Shown: piece after piece, positions 1-13,648 of the stretch
How the letters are laid out: each line of letters starts with the position of its first letter
How positions within the stretch are numbered: position 1 is the first letter of the stretch
Assembly (NCBI GenBank): GCA_000165345.1
Contig: CM000430.1
Location: forward strand, 704,001-768,000
DNA length: 64,000 nucleotides
Reading direction: 5' to 3'
Program-made: the position numbers and the translations under genes
The notes under the pieces: generated by a model
What the model saw: only the letters and a program-made list of their open reading frames with translations
Databases searched by the model: none
Told to the model about the DNA's origin: nothing

Positions 1-2601
1 TATTATCAGGTTTCTTCCTTCTAACTGCATATTTGAGTATAGAAAGAGCTCTTGATGTTTTGGAAGTCCCATCTTTATCGATTCTTCCACAAAAGAGGTC
101 TATTCTTGCTTGGAGTTGATATAGAAATTTATCCATAATTTTAAGATTATCATCTAAAATGCTTATATCATTACTATATTTTGAGATTCTTTTAACTAAT
201 TTTAAGTCTCGATCTAAAATAACCTTGAATTTTGAAAGTTCATTCTTTAATCTGTTTGTCTCATCTCTTAATTTTTTAATATTAGCATGTTTTTCTTTAT
301 TTGAAAATGTCTCATTTAATATTCCTTGTTTATTCAAAAAAGAATGAGAAATACCAAGTAAAATATCCAGATTCTCTTGATCTGATTTCTCTACGTTAGA
401 AATAGTAAATTCTAATACTTGAATATGTTTTTCCAAACTTTGAATTTTATTTATTAATGGTTTGGCAAAAGAATCTACTTCTGAATCATCTTCCTTGAGA
501 CTATCTAATTCTTTTTGAAGATTAAAATTTAGTTCTATCAGTTTTTCTTTTAAATTGGATAATTTCATGATTGTCTCATTCTTTAAAGAATCACTTTTAT
601 TGGTATCTGAAATTACAAAACCTGTTTCAAAGAAATTCTTTATTAAGTTTTTCGATTTTTTTTCAAGTATAAAATCTAATGATAGTAACTTCAACTCCTC
701 CTGAGTAGAAATTAGTGGAGACTCTTCTTCCCACATTGAATACTTGGTCATAAATTTGCTTGATATACCCAACCTCAAAGTTGGATTATTTATAATGTCA
801 ACAAAATTTGTATTACACCTTTCAATCTGTTGATTCATATATGTATGATTTAATATATATTCTAACTTCTCTAGGTCAAGGACTCCTGTCATAGAAAACT
901 TTTCTTTTTCTCTATCCAATAGCTCAATCTGAAGTTTTAAATCTGGAAATAACATCTCATTATAATGTCTTAATCTTAATATACCATTTTGTAATTCTGA
1001 AATTTTTGATATGCTCTCAGATTTAAGAAATTCATTAACTATTTTAAACAAACCAACTATTTTTGTATGGTGAAACTCTGAATTGGAATCAAACTTAAAT
1101 GGACTTTTTAACCCTTTTTCCCAAAGATTCTTAAACAGATCTTTTGAAGATTCGAAAAAACTCTCAAGCTGAACTTTTGGGTCATTTTCTTTGATTTTTT
1201 TATATATTCCATTCCAAATCTCCAAATACCCTTTCTTTAATACTTGAAAATGAATTTCAAACTTATTTAGTAATTGTTTAAAGATTTCAGAATTTTTCTC
1301 ATGTCTCACGACTAGAATCCCAGTTCTTAAAGCATCTAATGTAAATCTAAATCCATTAAGGGATTTCTTAATACCTTGATCTACCTCTTCCAAATCTCCT
1401 TGATACTCTTTTAATGTATATACTAAATCTGATAAATTACGTAAATTGTAAGCTAAAAAGGACTTTGAAAGGGCCAATATTACTTTGAATATTAAATTAA
1501 CTGATATTTGAAGCCAGTCAACAAAATATTTGACCATTTTTCTATTTGAAACAATCCAATGACTTCTTTCTCTTTGGAGACTTAAGAAATGAGATTTCAA
1601 AGCTTGAATATCTTGAGAAATATCTTCTACAGTAATAATAGAATTAAGTTCATCAGATCTAGCTTTAATAATAATGTCCAATAAACCTTTCAGATTTAGA
1701 TCTAGCTCGATTTTCTTTGAAACTATCGCATTGTGTTCTTTAATAATAGATTCATTTTTACTTTTTAAGAGTGAAATAGAGTTTTGAGATCTTTTAATGA
1801 GTTTCCTAGATATTCCATTCAAAATTGAAATATTTTGGCCTTCTCCAATAACTAGTCCCCATGCTATTTGTCTACAAGAAGAACTAGAAGTGATAGTAGA
1901 AATCAAAGACAGAATTTTATTAATCTTTTCAACGAGTTCCTGTAGTTCTTTTTTGTGAAATTTTTGTTTCTGTTTCTTATTGGAAAAACCACTACTTAAC
2001 ATTGAAATTGCAAATATATTAATTGAATCGAGCAATGAATACCACTTATTAACATCTATACCATTTACATAATTTAATGGAGTGTTTTTCAAGATCTTTT
2101 TATTACTTGTCTCATCATCTTGAAGAAATAAATCCTTGAATTTTTCTTGAACTTTTATATCTATATTGGAAAACCATCCTTTCTTATTTAGGGAAGATTT
2201 TTTTAATATTGGACCAACTTCATCCTTATATGCCAGATATTTCTCATTAAAATCAGACTCTAAATCTTGTATATGAGTTTTATTTGTAAGATCTAACGAC
2301 ATTTTCAAGCTTCCAATTTCTGAAAGTGATGACTCAATTAATTGATCAGTCTCTTGTTTAACCAATTCTAAATATAACTTTTCATTATTTAATAATTCAA
2401 AATTACTTTCTTTTTGAATATCATTTAAGCCTATATTCTTAACTTGCTCCAATTCTACCTCTATATTATTTTCTTCTTTACTTTTAATTCCATCTTCCTC
2501 TACTTCTACAACATCGTTTTTTTTGGAGTCTAAATCATTTCCAGAAACAAAAGAATAGGTAAACCATAGATTTAATAATAAAACATAGAAGATCTTTCTC
2601 A
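1..2601 (-). CDS. Secreted, coiled-coil-rich protein of unknown function; the C-terminal part runs off the window start
   Basis: A minus-strand frame is open from the ATG (complement of 2599-2601) to position 1. It is absent from the ORF track only because it is open at the edge. The N-terminus MRKIFYVLLLNLWFTYSFVSGNDLD resembles a cleavable signal peptide. The remainder is K/E/L/N-rich helical sequence with no catalytic motif I recognise. Confidence 0.65.
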
Positions 2602-3003
2602 TATTAGTTTAACATTATGTTTTCCTAAGTTCCAGTACAATCTCAAATTTAAGAATAACTTCTAAAACTACTAAAATTAGTTTCTCGAGGTTTTTAATTT
2701 TGTTTTTCACGGAATTCCTTTTTTCCCCCTTTTCCTTTAATTCTTTTTTTTTACATTAATATAAACCAAATTTGCATGCTAGTTAGAATTTCAATAATCT
2801 TTATGCGCCCTATGCTGGAAAGAAGAAGCTTACCAAAATTTTCTACAGAAAACTTTTATACAAATATTTTAGGCCCAGTTATATTTAATATCTCTGTAGT
2901 TTTACTTAAAATTGCGTTAACAAATCTCTTGTGTTCTCTTATTCTTTTTAGTTTTTTTTCTATTCAAGATAATCCTTAGTCATCTAATAACATGATCTAA
3001 TTT

Positions 3004-3017
3004 GCCCGCGCGCGCCA
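3004..3017. promoter_or_regulatory. E2F-type GC box (GCCCGCGCGCGCCA) about 400 nt upstream of the minus-strand gene 1..2601
   Basis: It is an isolated GC-only 12-mer in AT-rich intergenic DNA, of the same family as the other boxes listed. Confidence 0.5.
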
Positions 3018-3313
3018 CACCAAAAAAAAGCGAAGTTATTTAATGAGTGGGAAAAAAAGAATGAAGAGAAATAGATTGTTATTATCTCGAAAATGACATA
3101 TTTTAGTAAAAATGTTATAAAATGTGCAAAAAATTTTATAGGATTAGGAGATGTACGCTTTTAAAGTTCATTTATGATTATTTTAATACGTAAAAAGTAC
3201 AAGCACTCGATTATAAAACAATAAGTAGAGGTATAGAAAAAATAGATAAATAATAATGAATATGTAGATATAATCAATGTTTAGAGTCTATGTATATATA
3301 CAATAAAGAACTT

Positions 3314-4311
3314 TTAGATGATTCTCTCAAGTTCAATTGCATAGCCTAATGCGTTTGAAATAAGATCTAAATTATTTGAGGAGCTGGAAGTTTTCTTTTC
3401 AAAGTAGACAGCATTATCAATGAGCTTCCATTGAACATTTGAGGAATTTACTTGTTCTTTGTTGAAATTGGGAGACATTTCATTGATAAAAGAGATTAAC
3501 TCTTCATTGGTGGAGAATCTCATCATGCTCTTAAGCTTATCAATGCTTATCTTATCATAACTACATTCAATACATTTTGCCACTTTTTCTCTACAAGTGT
3601 CAATCAGCTCTTTAAAGAAGATTTGATAGTCTGGAGTTGGTAGTGTACTTTGCATTTGCATGATTTTACTATAATTACCATCAAGAAGATACAATTCAAG
3701 TTTTTTTGAAAAAGAAACAAACTTGTTTTCTTGGTCATTTGGAGGAATAATTTCCAGAGCAATATGGAAATCGCTGATTTTATCACAACTGAGAAGATAT
3801 AGTAAGTACAAACCTTTGATCATATCTTGGTTTTCGGATTTTGCAAGTATCTGTAAGAAAAGTTGATTAGGAATAAAATGGTAATAATTAAGGAGATTTT
3901 GAAAACTTACCGATTCATAATCAATATAGTATCTCTGTAAATTCAAAAAATCTCTTTCAAATCCAAATGAGTCTTTTTTCCTAACAGAAACCAATGCTGA
4001 AATTTCTAAAACGTCCCTTGCAATCACTAATTCTGTCAAATCTATTTCTTTAGAAGATAATGATAAGCTAGGAAGTTCAATTAACAAAATTTTCATCTCC
4101 TTTATCAAATTTGATAACTTATTTAGGTTATCTGATTGTTCTTTTCCTATCTCCACTTTTGCCTAATAGTAAAGCCGAAATAAGTATGTGATAAGTTTAT
4201 GGTTTCAAATATCTTTTGCCATGCCATTACATAGACAAAAGAAACATATTTGAACCATTAATAAGAACTTACCTGTTGTAATAAATTCAATATTTTACTC
4301 GTATCCACCAT
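3314..4311 (-). CDS. RPN12: 26S proteasome regulatory subunit Rpn12 / PSMD8, two exons (4311..4273, 4162..3314)
   Basis: The ORF track starts this ORF at a GTG. Upstream lies a 39-nt exon (ATGGTGGATACGAGT...CAACAG) followed by GTAAGT...TATTAG (intron 4163..4272), which joins in frame. The C-terminal half aligns by eye with PSMD8, for example the terminal LGYAIELERII against IEYARQLEMIV. Confidence 0.8.
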
Positions 4312-4560
4312 TGTTTTGACGATCTCAATAATACACTCACTAATTATTAACCCTCGAAAGTCTTAGAAATAACCAAAATAAAGCAAGTAAATTCAAATTC
4401 TGTTAAACTGCAAGTCCTCTGTGAAATCCCACAAGATATTTACCTAAAACTTCTTCTCAAACTTTCTTGCTTTTTATTAATTAAATTCTCCTCCAAACAA
4501 AATTTCAATATTTGTTTACTTTTCCAGCATCATGGCTTTTTCTAAACCCCTCTAAAGTTA

Positions 4561-4580
4561 CCGCCAAATCGAGGCGCGCC
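4561..4580. promoter_or_regulatory. Paired E2F-type boxes (CCGCCAAA ... GGCGCGCC) in the Rpn12 / FAM76 divergent promoter
   Basis: The sequence is ccgccaaatcgaggcgcgcc. The first half is the reverse complement of TTTGGCGG. Confidence 0.6.
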
Positions 4581-4852
4581 ACTTTGTGAGAATCAATTAA
4601 TTATGGTTTTGAAAAGGTTTAAAAAACAAAAAACAAGAAACAGAAATTCTCGACAGAAATTAAGGATTTAGTATAAATTGACGTGATATATTGAGTATTG
4701 GATGTCTGGGATTTATACGGGGAACACAAATAAGTTGTTTTGCCGTTTTTCCTAGCATTTAATTAAGGTAGGACAAAATTTGCTCTAATTACAGTATTAA
4801 AGTTTCCTATTGCATACTGAAAATCGATAATTATTTATAAATCTAAGTAGAA

Positions 4853-6412
4853 ATGTCGAGAGATCAGATGACATATAGAGAATACTATGATATGCCACGT
4901 TCAGTTCCATACGGAATACCTGAAGGATATAGAAATGACTACTATCACATGAGGATGCGTAGGGACTTTGAAGGTGGGTATCCACCCGATTATGGGCATA
5001 ATATGGATGGCAGACACTATCCAGAAGATTATTACTCATATCCTGCTCAAAGATTTGAACATCACGGTGGGACTATGGAAGGTGTAAGAGAATCAAAGTT
5101 CTCAAATGGAAGTGATAAATGGGACAGATCAAATGGAGAAAGAAGAAATATAGGAAATGATTTAATTCAAAACTTACATGCAGAAACATACAGAAGAGAT
5201 CCCGGTATTATTTCAAGGGAAAATGATATAAGAAAGCAGATTAGACTTGAAGAGGGACCAGGAGGTCCGCCTCAACAGAGTGTTCCAAGCTCTCAAGTGG
5301 GTAAATTAAGTATGCAAGAGGTTGAATCAGGGGTTAGAATAAGTAAAGGGCCTAAAGATGGGAGTGGTGGATTATCTGTTTTCCATACAACTGGGAAGGA
5401 CTCGATTTGGACAAAAATTGATATCTTAAACAAGAAAAAGCTCTGTTATGATTGCCAGAAAGAAAAGTGGAGGGACAAAATTACTCCATTATGTAAGGAG
5501 TGCTATAAATCACTCTCAAATTCCTCAGGCGGTAACAGCTCTAAGAAAGAATGTACCTACTGTAGAATTGAGTTCCTTCAGCATAGGATTTTGAAGAAAG
5601 CTTTCAAAGTGTTTAACAAAGAGATTTGTATGGATTGTTGTAAGAATCTTTGTAAATATAACACAATTCCAGTGCGCTGCCACTTTTGTGACTGTTGGTC
5701 AGCTTGGAACTCCCATCTATTATGTGATAGATGCTCCTCTTCAAGAGAACAATTTGGTGAGCCTCTTCCATGCGATATGTGTAGGAAAAGTTGTGCTTTT
5801 GATAGGGGAGAGGAGGCCAGGAAAAAGCTTGATGGAAGACTGTTTTGTTTCCTATGCACATTTAAATATAAGAAGCTAAAGCATGAAGAGGTGAAAAAAA
5901 CCAATTCTGAATACAAGAGAGCCGAAAAGACTCTTACTAAGGTTGATTTACCAGAAATGGAACCAAAAAATGAACAAAATGATGACAAGAATTGCTTTCC
6001 GAATTTGTCATCAACATCAGATTCAAACAGCAAAGAGAATGTAGACTGGAAGATTATTGCTCAGGAAAGAACAATCTTGTATGAAAAGGCAAAACAGCAT
6101 CTTGCTGAGCTTCAAGCAAAAGAACTTAGCAACAAAATTGAAACTGGGTCATTAATTACTCAGCTTAAAGAATCGAACTCAAATCTCGAGAAGAAAAACA
6201 AGCTTCTAGAAGATAAGATTCTTCGACTTAATGCTGAACTTAATGATTGGCAACTTAAACTTAATAATATTTGCGATGAAAAGAATAAGCAACTTAAGCT
6301 AATTAAGGATGAAAAAAGACAAGCAATTCAGGAAATGGAGGGGTTACTTGAGAAGCTAAAGTCTGAAAATAGAGAGTTAATGGAGCAGCTCAGCTCATCC
6401 TCTAATTTGTAG
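4853..6412 (+). CDS. FAM76-family protein: Cys-rich zinc-ribbon repeats plus a C-terminal coiled coil
   Basis: CTYCRIEF...CMDCCKNL...CDRCSSSREQFGEPLPCDMCRKSCAFDRGEEARKKLDGRLFCFLCTFKYKKL matches the FAM76A/B core [27 protein letters not shown] as I recall it. The C-terminal heptad region (LITQLKESNSNLEKKNKLLEDK...NRELMEQL) parallels the FAM76B tail. The Tyr/Arg/Asp-rich N-terminal extension is lineage-specific. Confidence 0.7.
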   Translation: MSRDQMTYREYYDMPRSVPYGIPEGYRNDYYHMRMRRDFEGGYPPDYGHNMDGRHYPEDYYSYPAQRFEHHGGTMEGVRESKFSNGSDKWDRSNGERRNIGNDLIQNLHAETYRRDPGIISRENDIRKQIRLEEGPGGPPQQSVPSSQVGKLSMQEVESGVRISKGPKDGSGGLSVFHTTGKDSIWTKIDILNKKKLCYDCQKEKWRDKITPLCKECYKSLSNSSGGNSSKKECTYCRIEFLQHRILKKAFKVFNKEICMDCCKNLCKYNTIPVRCHFCDCWSAWNSHLLCDRCSSSREQFGEPLPCDMCRKSCAFDRGEEARKKLDGRLFCFLCTFKYKKLKHEEVKKTNSEYKRAEKTLTKVDLPEMEPKNEQNDDKNCFPNLSSTSDSNSKENVDWKIIAQERTILYEKAKQHLAELQAKELSNKIETGSLITQLKESNSNLEKKNKLLEDKILRLNAELNDWQLKLNNICDEKNKQLKLIKDEKRQAIQEMEGLLEKLKSENRELMEQLSSSSNL

Positions 6413-6703
6413 CTATTCGTTGCTTATAACCATTTTATTACCTTTTCTACAACTAATTTAGTCTAAAACTCAATTAATTCTGGTTTCTTCCTTTATCTTT
6501 TCTTCTGTTTGTTTTAATCAAATATTTTAATTATTCGGTACCTTTTTTTAACTTTAACATGTTATCCCATGTTTGCCGCCATTACCACACAAAATTACGA
6601 GGATAGAAAAAAATTCTAAGTAGTTATTTCTGGATAAAAATTGAAATATAAAAAAGGAGGATGAGAATATGAGAAGCCTAAATACATAATTTCTAAGAAA
6701 AAT

Positions 6704-7198
6704 ATGTACTTAGAAAAGGAGAGCCTTCATCTATTGAATGGTTCTTTCTTCAGAGTTAATTTTAAAGCAATTTCTCAAGGGGAATTGAAAAATATACTAA
6801 AAGCATGCGGATTAAAATCATCAACAAATACTTCAAGTAATCAACAAATAGCTTTATTGGAAGGAATAAGGCGGTATCTTTTAACTGAAGATCTTTCAGA
6901 GCTTACAGATCTATCGAATCCTAATATTAAAAGTATTGAATCTAAAAGATACACTTTTGATTATAAGAATATTATTAATGAAGATACTATTTCCTTGGAA
7001 CTCATTCTAAAGTCTCTAAGGAGATCTCCCCTTACTCTTGAAAAGATTATGATGAGCAATTCTGTAAGTGTTTCTGAAATCGCAGAATGCTGTTCTAGTT
7101 ACCTAAATACTCCAAAAAGTGTTTTTTTAAACAAAATAATTTTAGACAAGATCCAGTTAGTTCTTGATTCTTTAAAAATAAAAAATATAGTTAGCTAA
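6704..7198 (+). CDS. Hypothetical 164-aa protein with a possible SAP-like helix-extended-helix
   Basis: It is a clean ATG ORF in a gene-sized gap with an upstream TGCCGCCA box. ELKNILKACGLKSS...IALLEGIRRYL loosely resembles a SAP motif. No stronger match was recognised. Confidence 0.45.
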   Translation: MYLEKESLHLLNGSFFRVNFKAISQGELKNILKACGLKSSTNTSSNQQIALLEGIRRYLLTEDLSELTDLSNPNIKSIESKRYTFDYKNIINEDTISLELILKSLRRSPLTLEKIMMSNSVSVSEIAECCSSYLNTPKSVFLNKIILDKIQLVLDSLKIKNIVS

Positions 7199-7297
7199 TC
7201 ATTTGGTCTTCTTTTCAACAAACTATTTATTTTTAAATTCATTGCTTTCAAAACTTTCTTTTATTTATTCTTTAACTTTACAACTGGAAATGCAAGA

Positions 7298-7310
7298 TTT
7301 CCCGCCAAAA
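7298..7310. promoter_or_regulatory. Canonical E2F site TTTCCCGCCAAAA
   Basis: It is an exact TTTSSCGC-type site 76 nt upstream of the ATG at 7386. Confidence 0.6.
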
Positions 7311-7385
7311 CATTTTTTTTGGTACTTGGCCACGGCATATAATAATTATATATACGAATATTTCCAGAGAAAAAATTAAGATAAG

Positions 7386-7751
7386 ATGGAAAATTCAGAT
7401 TCTGTTATGAAAGGGAATATTTCTGAGAATCAGGAAATGGAGACTGAGACTCAGTTAGACAAAGAGAGTTTAAATGTGATTTTGGAAGAGGGGGAGAATT
7501 TCTACCCTTTGCTAGAAAGTTCTATTGAAGATGAAATGGTGAATAACAAAGTAGATCTTTCTTCGTAAGTGAATTAAATGAATCTATTGAATTTTCATTC
7601 TGGGATTGCCCTTATTTTTTGTTTGCATGATATTTTTAGGTATATGGATAAATTCAAACAACTTCATGAATCCAAGGTCAGATCGATGAATTTAGAACAA
7701 ATAGAATACTACTGCAAAGAATTTGTGGAAGCATTAGAAGGAGGAAAGTAA
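7386..7751 (+). CDS. Small acidic protein of about 96 aa, two exons (7386..7564, 7640..7751)
   Basis: The listed ORF ends in TCG|TAA, where GTAAGT begins at 7565. Splicing to TTTTTAG|G (exon 2 from 7640) keeps the frame and adds SYMDKFKQLHESKVRSMNLEQIEYYCKEFVEALEGGK*. An E2F-type box TTTCCCGCCAAAA lies about 80 nt upstream. Confidence 0.6.
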
Positions 7752-7919
7752 TATAAAGCTAAAACTTCTCTTAAAGGCTGTTTTGATTAGTAATTTAACA
7801 AACATGATTGACATTATTTCAACATTCAAGCCGAAGCAAAATACTATCTGCAATATTTGAATTCGCAAAAACAAAAAGATAGATGATATAAGTAGGAAAT
7901 TAAGCTATGTGATAATCTA

Positions 7920-10515
7920 TTATAAGTTAAAGTTTGATATTAATGTCTCAAGCTGCTTAGTTATATTGCTCAGCTTATTTATATTTCGATGGCATTGCTG
8001 CCTTTTTTCCACTATCCCTTTTTCTTCTTGAAGAAGGTCGTCAAAAATCTCCTCTCTATAGAGTTTTGCTACCAACTCTCTCTGAATTGCTTCTTTAGCA
8101 GCATTCACCATAAAATACATGATTGCCTTGGGAACTGAGTCTGCTACGTTCTTACGCACAATGTTAAAGTATGACACAATGAAAAATTTTATCACATCTG
8201 ACTCAATCTTTTCCCGTTCTGAAGGATCCCCAGATGTTGCTATTGTTTCTGGAACCAATGGCAATCCCATCTTTCCCCCAAACCTTCCTGAATAATTCTT
8301 CTCATTCTCTGCCAAATTGGCGCCAAATACCCCTGCATGCACAGTTTTGGCGGGATTGTGGCCTTGTATTTTCTTAACTGGGCTAAAAATGTCAATGGAA
8401 GAAGTTGTTGAACGGTTGGTTGGGAAAACTGGTGAGTTTTCGTTGATGCTTTTTATTGGTTTGGAAACAGAGCTTATTTGGTGAGTTTCGATAACTTTGT
8501 AATTTTGGTAGGTTGAAATATTTTCTGTCTCGTTATATTCTGTGGAAACATATTGTGATTTACGAGACTCATGTTGATCATTAAAGAAATCATTCAAAAT
8601 AATTCTACTTTTTCCTGAAGGAGTCATCGGGACTGAATCAGAATCAAGAATAATAGAGTCTTGTACTTGTTTGTTGGACCTATCATTTGAGTTATTTCTA
8701 GTCAAACCTTCAGTTAAAAAGGCTTTTTCCTTTTCAAAAATAGAAGTTAGGGCTGACGCACCTCCAATAAAGTCTGGATGGTTTGTATTTATATAGGCCA
8801 ATTCCATATTTATAAGGTCAATCACAGCTCTGTTAGTTGGTCCAAGGCATTCTTCTAGGACATGATTGACTACTGAAATCATATTATTCTTCAAATTAGA
8901 GTATCGATTAAGCTCCGGTAAAGAACATTGCTCAACTAATCTTTTAAGTTCATCATAGACTTGTTCTACGCAAGTAAGAGAAGGCCTAAGTAACTTTTTT
9001 ATTTGGATCCTTGCAAGAACTTCAAATGCGCCTTCAGATACAAATAAAGACGATTTTGTTCCTGTTGAATTTTTTATTGCTGTTCTAATTTCAGTATCTG
9101 ATAGACCATCCAAAGGATCAAAGTTGAAAAGAGTGTTTCCAAACCAGTTATGAAATACATAATTCAGTCTTGCACCTCCTGAAAGCTTCATTAGGCCAGT
9201 TTGATAGGATGCTTGTCCATCAATCATATTTTGGAACTTTCTTGAAAACTTTGAAAAGCAGTTTAGTATCATAGCTCCTTTGTTTTTTATCATATAGGAT
9301 CCATCAAGGCCTATACTTTCTCCTCCAATGAATAAAGCTTTGTTAGTTAAGGCACTAATTCCATCTAAATAAGAAAGCAATATATTATATTGTAATTGAA
9401 GTATTTCATTATATTTACTTACCTATTTCATCCATTATATCAGATTGAGAAAAATCACCATAATTAATTAGCTCCATTTGTTTAAGATCTATAAGCTTTT
9501 TTGAATGGTTCTTAATCTGTGGAAGCAACTTAAGAATGTGATCCAGAAACTCCTTTTGGAGAATATTTACTAAGTTGTAAGTTCCACAGCGAGACTGATA
9601 AGACTTCAGTTTTGAGTTGTTTTCGAAAAAAGACTTTTCATCATTCAAAGAAGCTCTCAAAGATCTTGGACCTCCTGCTTTTTGTCTGGAATCTCTGCAC
9701 ATAACTGCTACATACCCCCTATTTAAAGGATATGATTGATTACTTAGTACTTGTAGTGTTGTTGAGTAATTTTCTACTGTGTCCAGTTTACTTAAAACAC
9801 CTATTGTTCTGATACCTTCAGGATCCACCTCTCTTGCAATATTTAAGCTATCAGAATTTGCAATATCAGTGTTTGCAGCTGTAATTGCCAAAATTAAACA
9901 GCTTGGACGTCTTATATATGACAAAACAATCTTCCTAATTTGAGTTTCTATATCAAAAGGTTGGTCCTCAATTGGTACTTTTGTCAATCCTGGTAGGTCC
10001 ACCAAAGTCAAATTAATTGCCTTCTTTGAGAAGATTCTCAGTAATATCGGAACTTCTGAAACATTCTTATTTTCTCCTATCAATCTATTGGTCTCAATCA
10101 GAATTTCTTCTTTGACTTTTTCGAAATCTGTAAATTTCAGCCCCTTTTTATGGCCAAACTCTGCGTAGTCATCTCTATTTTCTTGCTTAATTTGCTGAAG
10201 TTGCAAAATAAGTGGCCTCCTAGTGACTATTCCTTGTCCTCTTGGCAGAAAATGACGGCCTAATAGGTCATAAGTGCATTAATAAACAACGAAAATAGTA
10301 ATCATAAGAATTATTATAAATTTAATATAATTTGTCAGAAACTTACCTATAATGTATTCCAAAAGTGAAGTTTTCCCTACTGATTGAGAGCCTACTACTG
10401 CTATTTCAGGTAGGTCTAAGTTTAATTCATTTGAAACATTGCAGCCTCCTGAGCCCTCTTTTAAAATAGTCAGAATATCATGAAGTTCGTTTATAATAGG
10501 TATCAGAGAATCCAT
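7920..10515 (-). CDS. Dynamin-related protein (Drp1/Dnm1-like large GTPase), three exons (10515..10347, 10259..9423, 9364..7920)
   Basis: The P-loop GSQSVGKTSLLE is in exon 1. The splice restores [34 protein letters not shown], the TKLD-equivalent LSKLD, a middle domain and a C-terminal GED (VPKAIMYFMVNAAKEAIQRELVAKLY) are all present. Both introns run GTAAGT...TAG (87 and 58 nt), and their phases match the three listed ORFs. Confidence 0.9.
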
Positions 10516-10999
10516 GCTTCTAACCAAATCTGAGCGTTTTTTTACTTGGTTATTTTTCTAACCTGTTTTCTCTCAATTCCTTCCGCCCTATTTTGGTCTG
10601 ACAAAATGTAAATTTCTACACTGATTGACATATTCCCGCCATTTTAAATAAACCCCACATTGAAATAGTCATTCTTGGAGAATAATTTTCCATTAATAAT
10701 TGAATAAATAAAACATTAAAAATATCTTAATAGTTTTATAATTTCAAAAGAACTTCAATCCACTAAATTGATTTCATTTTTGAATGATCTCTTTTTTCTT
10801 TAAAATCTGTGTACTTGAATTTTACTTAAGACTTAAAATAGGTTAATATAGAGTAGAATCAGTTCATACAAAATATATTTAAAAGATTTAGGAGACAGAA
10901 TTTTCACAATTAGAACAGGAATCGAAGATATCAAATAATATAAATTAAATGAAAGACGTAAAACAGATTACAAAAATTCTAAATAGGTAATAGAAACAG

Positions 11000-11551
<552 letters not shown>

Positions 11552-11972
11552 TTAACTGTTATATTTCTTTTTTATAATATAGTCACAAATATAAAATATA
11601 TTCCCTCTTTCTGACCTAAAATTTGTGTGAATACCTAATTTTGCTAACCCAAGTTCTTTTTTAATTCAAGACCCCTTGCCCTTCTCCTTGGTATTACGAA
11701 TAGTCCTTGCAAGAATTATTTGGACAGTACCTAAAGCAAACCTTAAATTCAATAAGGTTAAATAATATCAGTTGTCCAGTTCCCTCCCCCCCCTCTTATT
11801 TAAAATAGACCCCAAATTAATTATTTATTTGAACACTTAATAACCTGTCTAAATTTTAAAATTATATGTTTATACATAAATATATTGCAAACACTAGGTA
11901 AATATTACTTTTGGGCTTTATTATTATACCCAAAATCGAGCACTTTTTGAGCGGGAATCATTCCCGCCTTGA

Positions 11973-13225
11973 TTAATAAGGATTGTTTTGAATTAGAACA
12001 CATTCTGGAGCATAATAATCAATTCGGCAGTTTTTGGAGCATGTGAATATTGCAATGACTCCAAATTCAACTTTGCTTGGGAGATTTCCTAGAACAATAG
12101 CCTCAGGCTGGATTTGGAATTCAAAAACCCGGTTTGAATTGCAGAGAGGGCATTTTTGAGGAGTCTCTGAGGGGATATTTTTATCAGAAATCCATAAGGG
12201 TGATCCGTTGTGGCTATATCTAATAATATGGCCAGGATACTTTCTTGAATTGTTTATGAACTTGTCGAAAAGGACATCTTTTTCTGTGTTCGAGTTTGAT
12301 ATTTTTCCGAATGCCTTCATCTCAGAATCATCCAAAACATTATCTAAAGAGAAAATAAAGTATTATTAGAGTGTTAACTAGATAGGTTGTAGAACTTACC
12401 AATATTTTCAGAAAACTTTTCCTTATAGTCTTGAAAAAGCTTGTATTCTGATGACTTGGGATCTATATTTTGTTTATTAACACTTTCAAAATGTTTCTTC
12501 TCACAATTAATCCTTTGTTCTCTTTCTAATATATTGTAAGGTTCATTATTAATGTTGTCAAGTTGATCAGGTAATTCTTCAAGACCCAAATCATTTTCAC
12601 CGGTTATGGGTGTCATTTCTTCGTCGGGATCATTTTCAAAGTTATCGTCTTGAGTTTCTTCTTGATCGTCATCTTCATCTTCCTCGTCAGTTGAGCATAT
12701 TTCGATATCTAAGCTAAACTCATCTAAAATTACTTTACCAGCTCCAGAATCGATTGCATTACACTTATCATGAGTATTAGATTGTTGACATTTAGACTCA
12801 GTAGATAAAGGTAACCCGCAAGTATTGCAAATATTATTGAATTTCAATTCTTTAAGCTCTAAAATAGTCTCCTCTGGGTTAACATCTTCAAATAGAAAAG
12901 AGGTTGGGGCTGGATTATAGTCATAATAGTCATTCATTCGAGGAAGCTGGCAACGGAATGCCTGAACACTACAAGTACAATTTGTACAAATAAATAAAAA
13001 AATACTTCTATGAAATAAATCTTCTCTGTCATCCTGAGGCGCATAAACCTGCAACAAAAATCTCATTCTTGTTCCGCAACTATTGCATTGTAAATCTCTA
13101 TACTGAGGAAGGTTTTGAGGGTTAAGCCAAGCAGGCTTTCCCCCGAATTTTGAAGGAAAATACCTGGAATCTAAAACTAAGGGCGTCCTTGGTTTTTCCA
13201 AGTATCCTAGTAAAACGTCATTCAT
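11973..13225 (-). CDS. PDCD2 / Tsr4-family protein with a PDCD2_C domain, two exons (13225..12400, 12343..11973)
   Basis: The N-terminus GKPAWLNPQNLP...CNSCGTRMRFLLQVYAP and the C-terminus CPLCNSNRVFEFQIQPE...FGVIAIFTCSKNC are the family signatures. A 56-nt intron GTAAGT...CTTTAG (12344..12399) links the two listed ORFs in phase. The start was trimmed to the first ATG. Confidence 0.8.
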
Positions 13226-13648
13226 CACAAACACAGTGCATATAAATACTAGAATATAAGCCTTCCAACCTCTGAAACAAATAAAGTTCTTTAAAGAATC
13301 TCCAAGCTTTTTTTCTAGTCAAAATTGAATTTATTTATTTTAGGCGCCAAAGTCATGCCATTAACACGCAATTCTACAAAATTTGACAGTAATAACGGTA
13401 TAGGTAAAAAAACTCAGGCGGGCATGTGATTAATTACAGTTTTTCAATTAAAAGCAGACGAATAAAAATTCAAATTTAACATTTTGTACTAAGGCGCAAA
13501 CTCAGGTAAATTAAGTTAGGTTGGAAGTCTTTTTTTTTAACTATATTTCCAGTTGGTATTGTAGTCCAACGGTTATATAGTGAAAGTTAAGGTTGATTAA
13601 AGTTGAAACAGGTGAAAAATTTAAAAGAATATTGATAGAATTGTGAAG

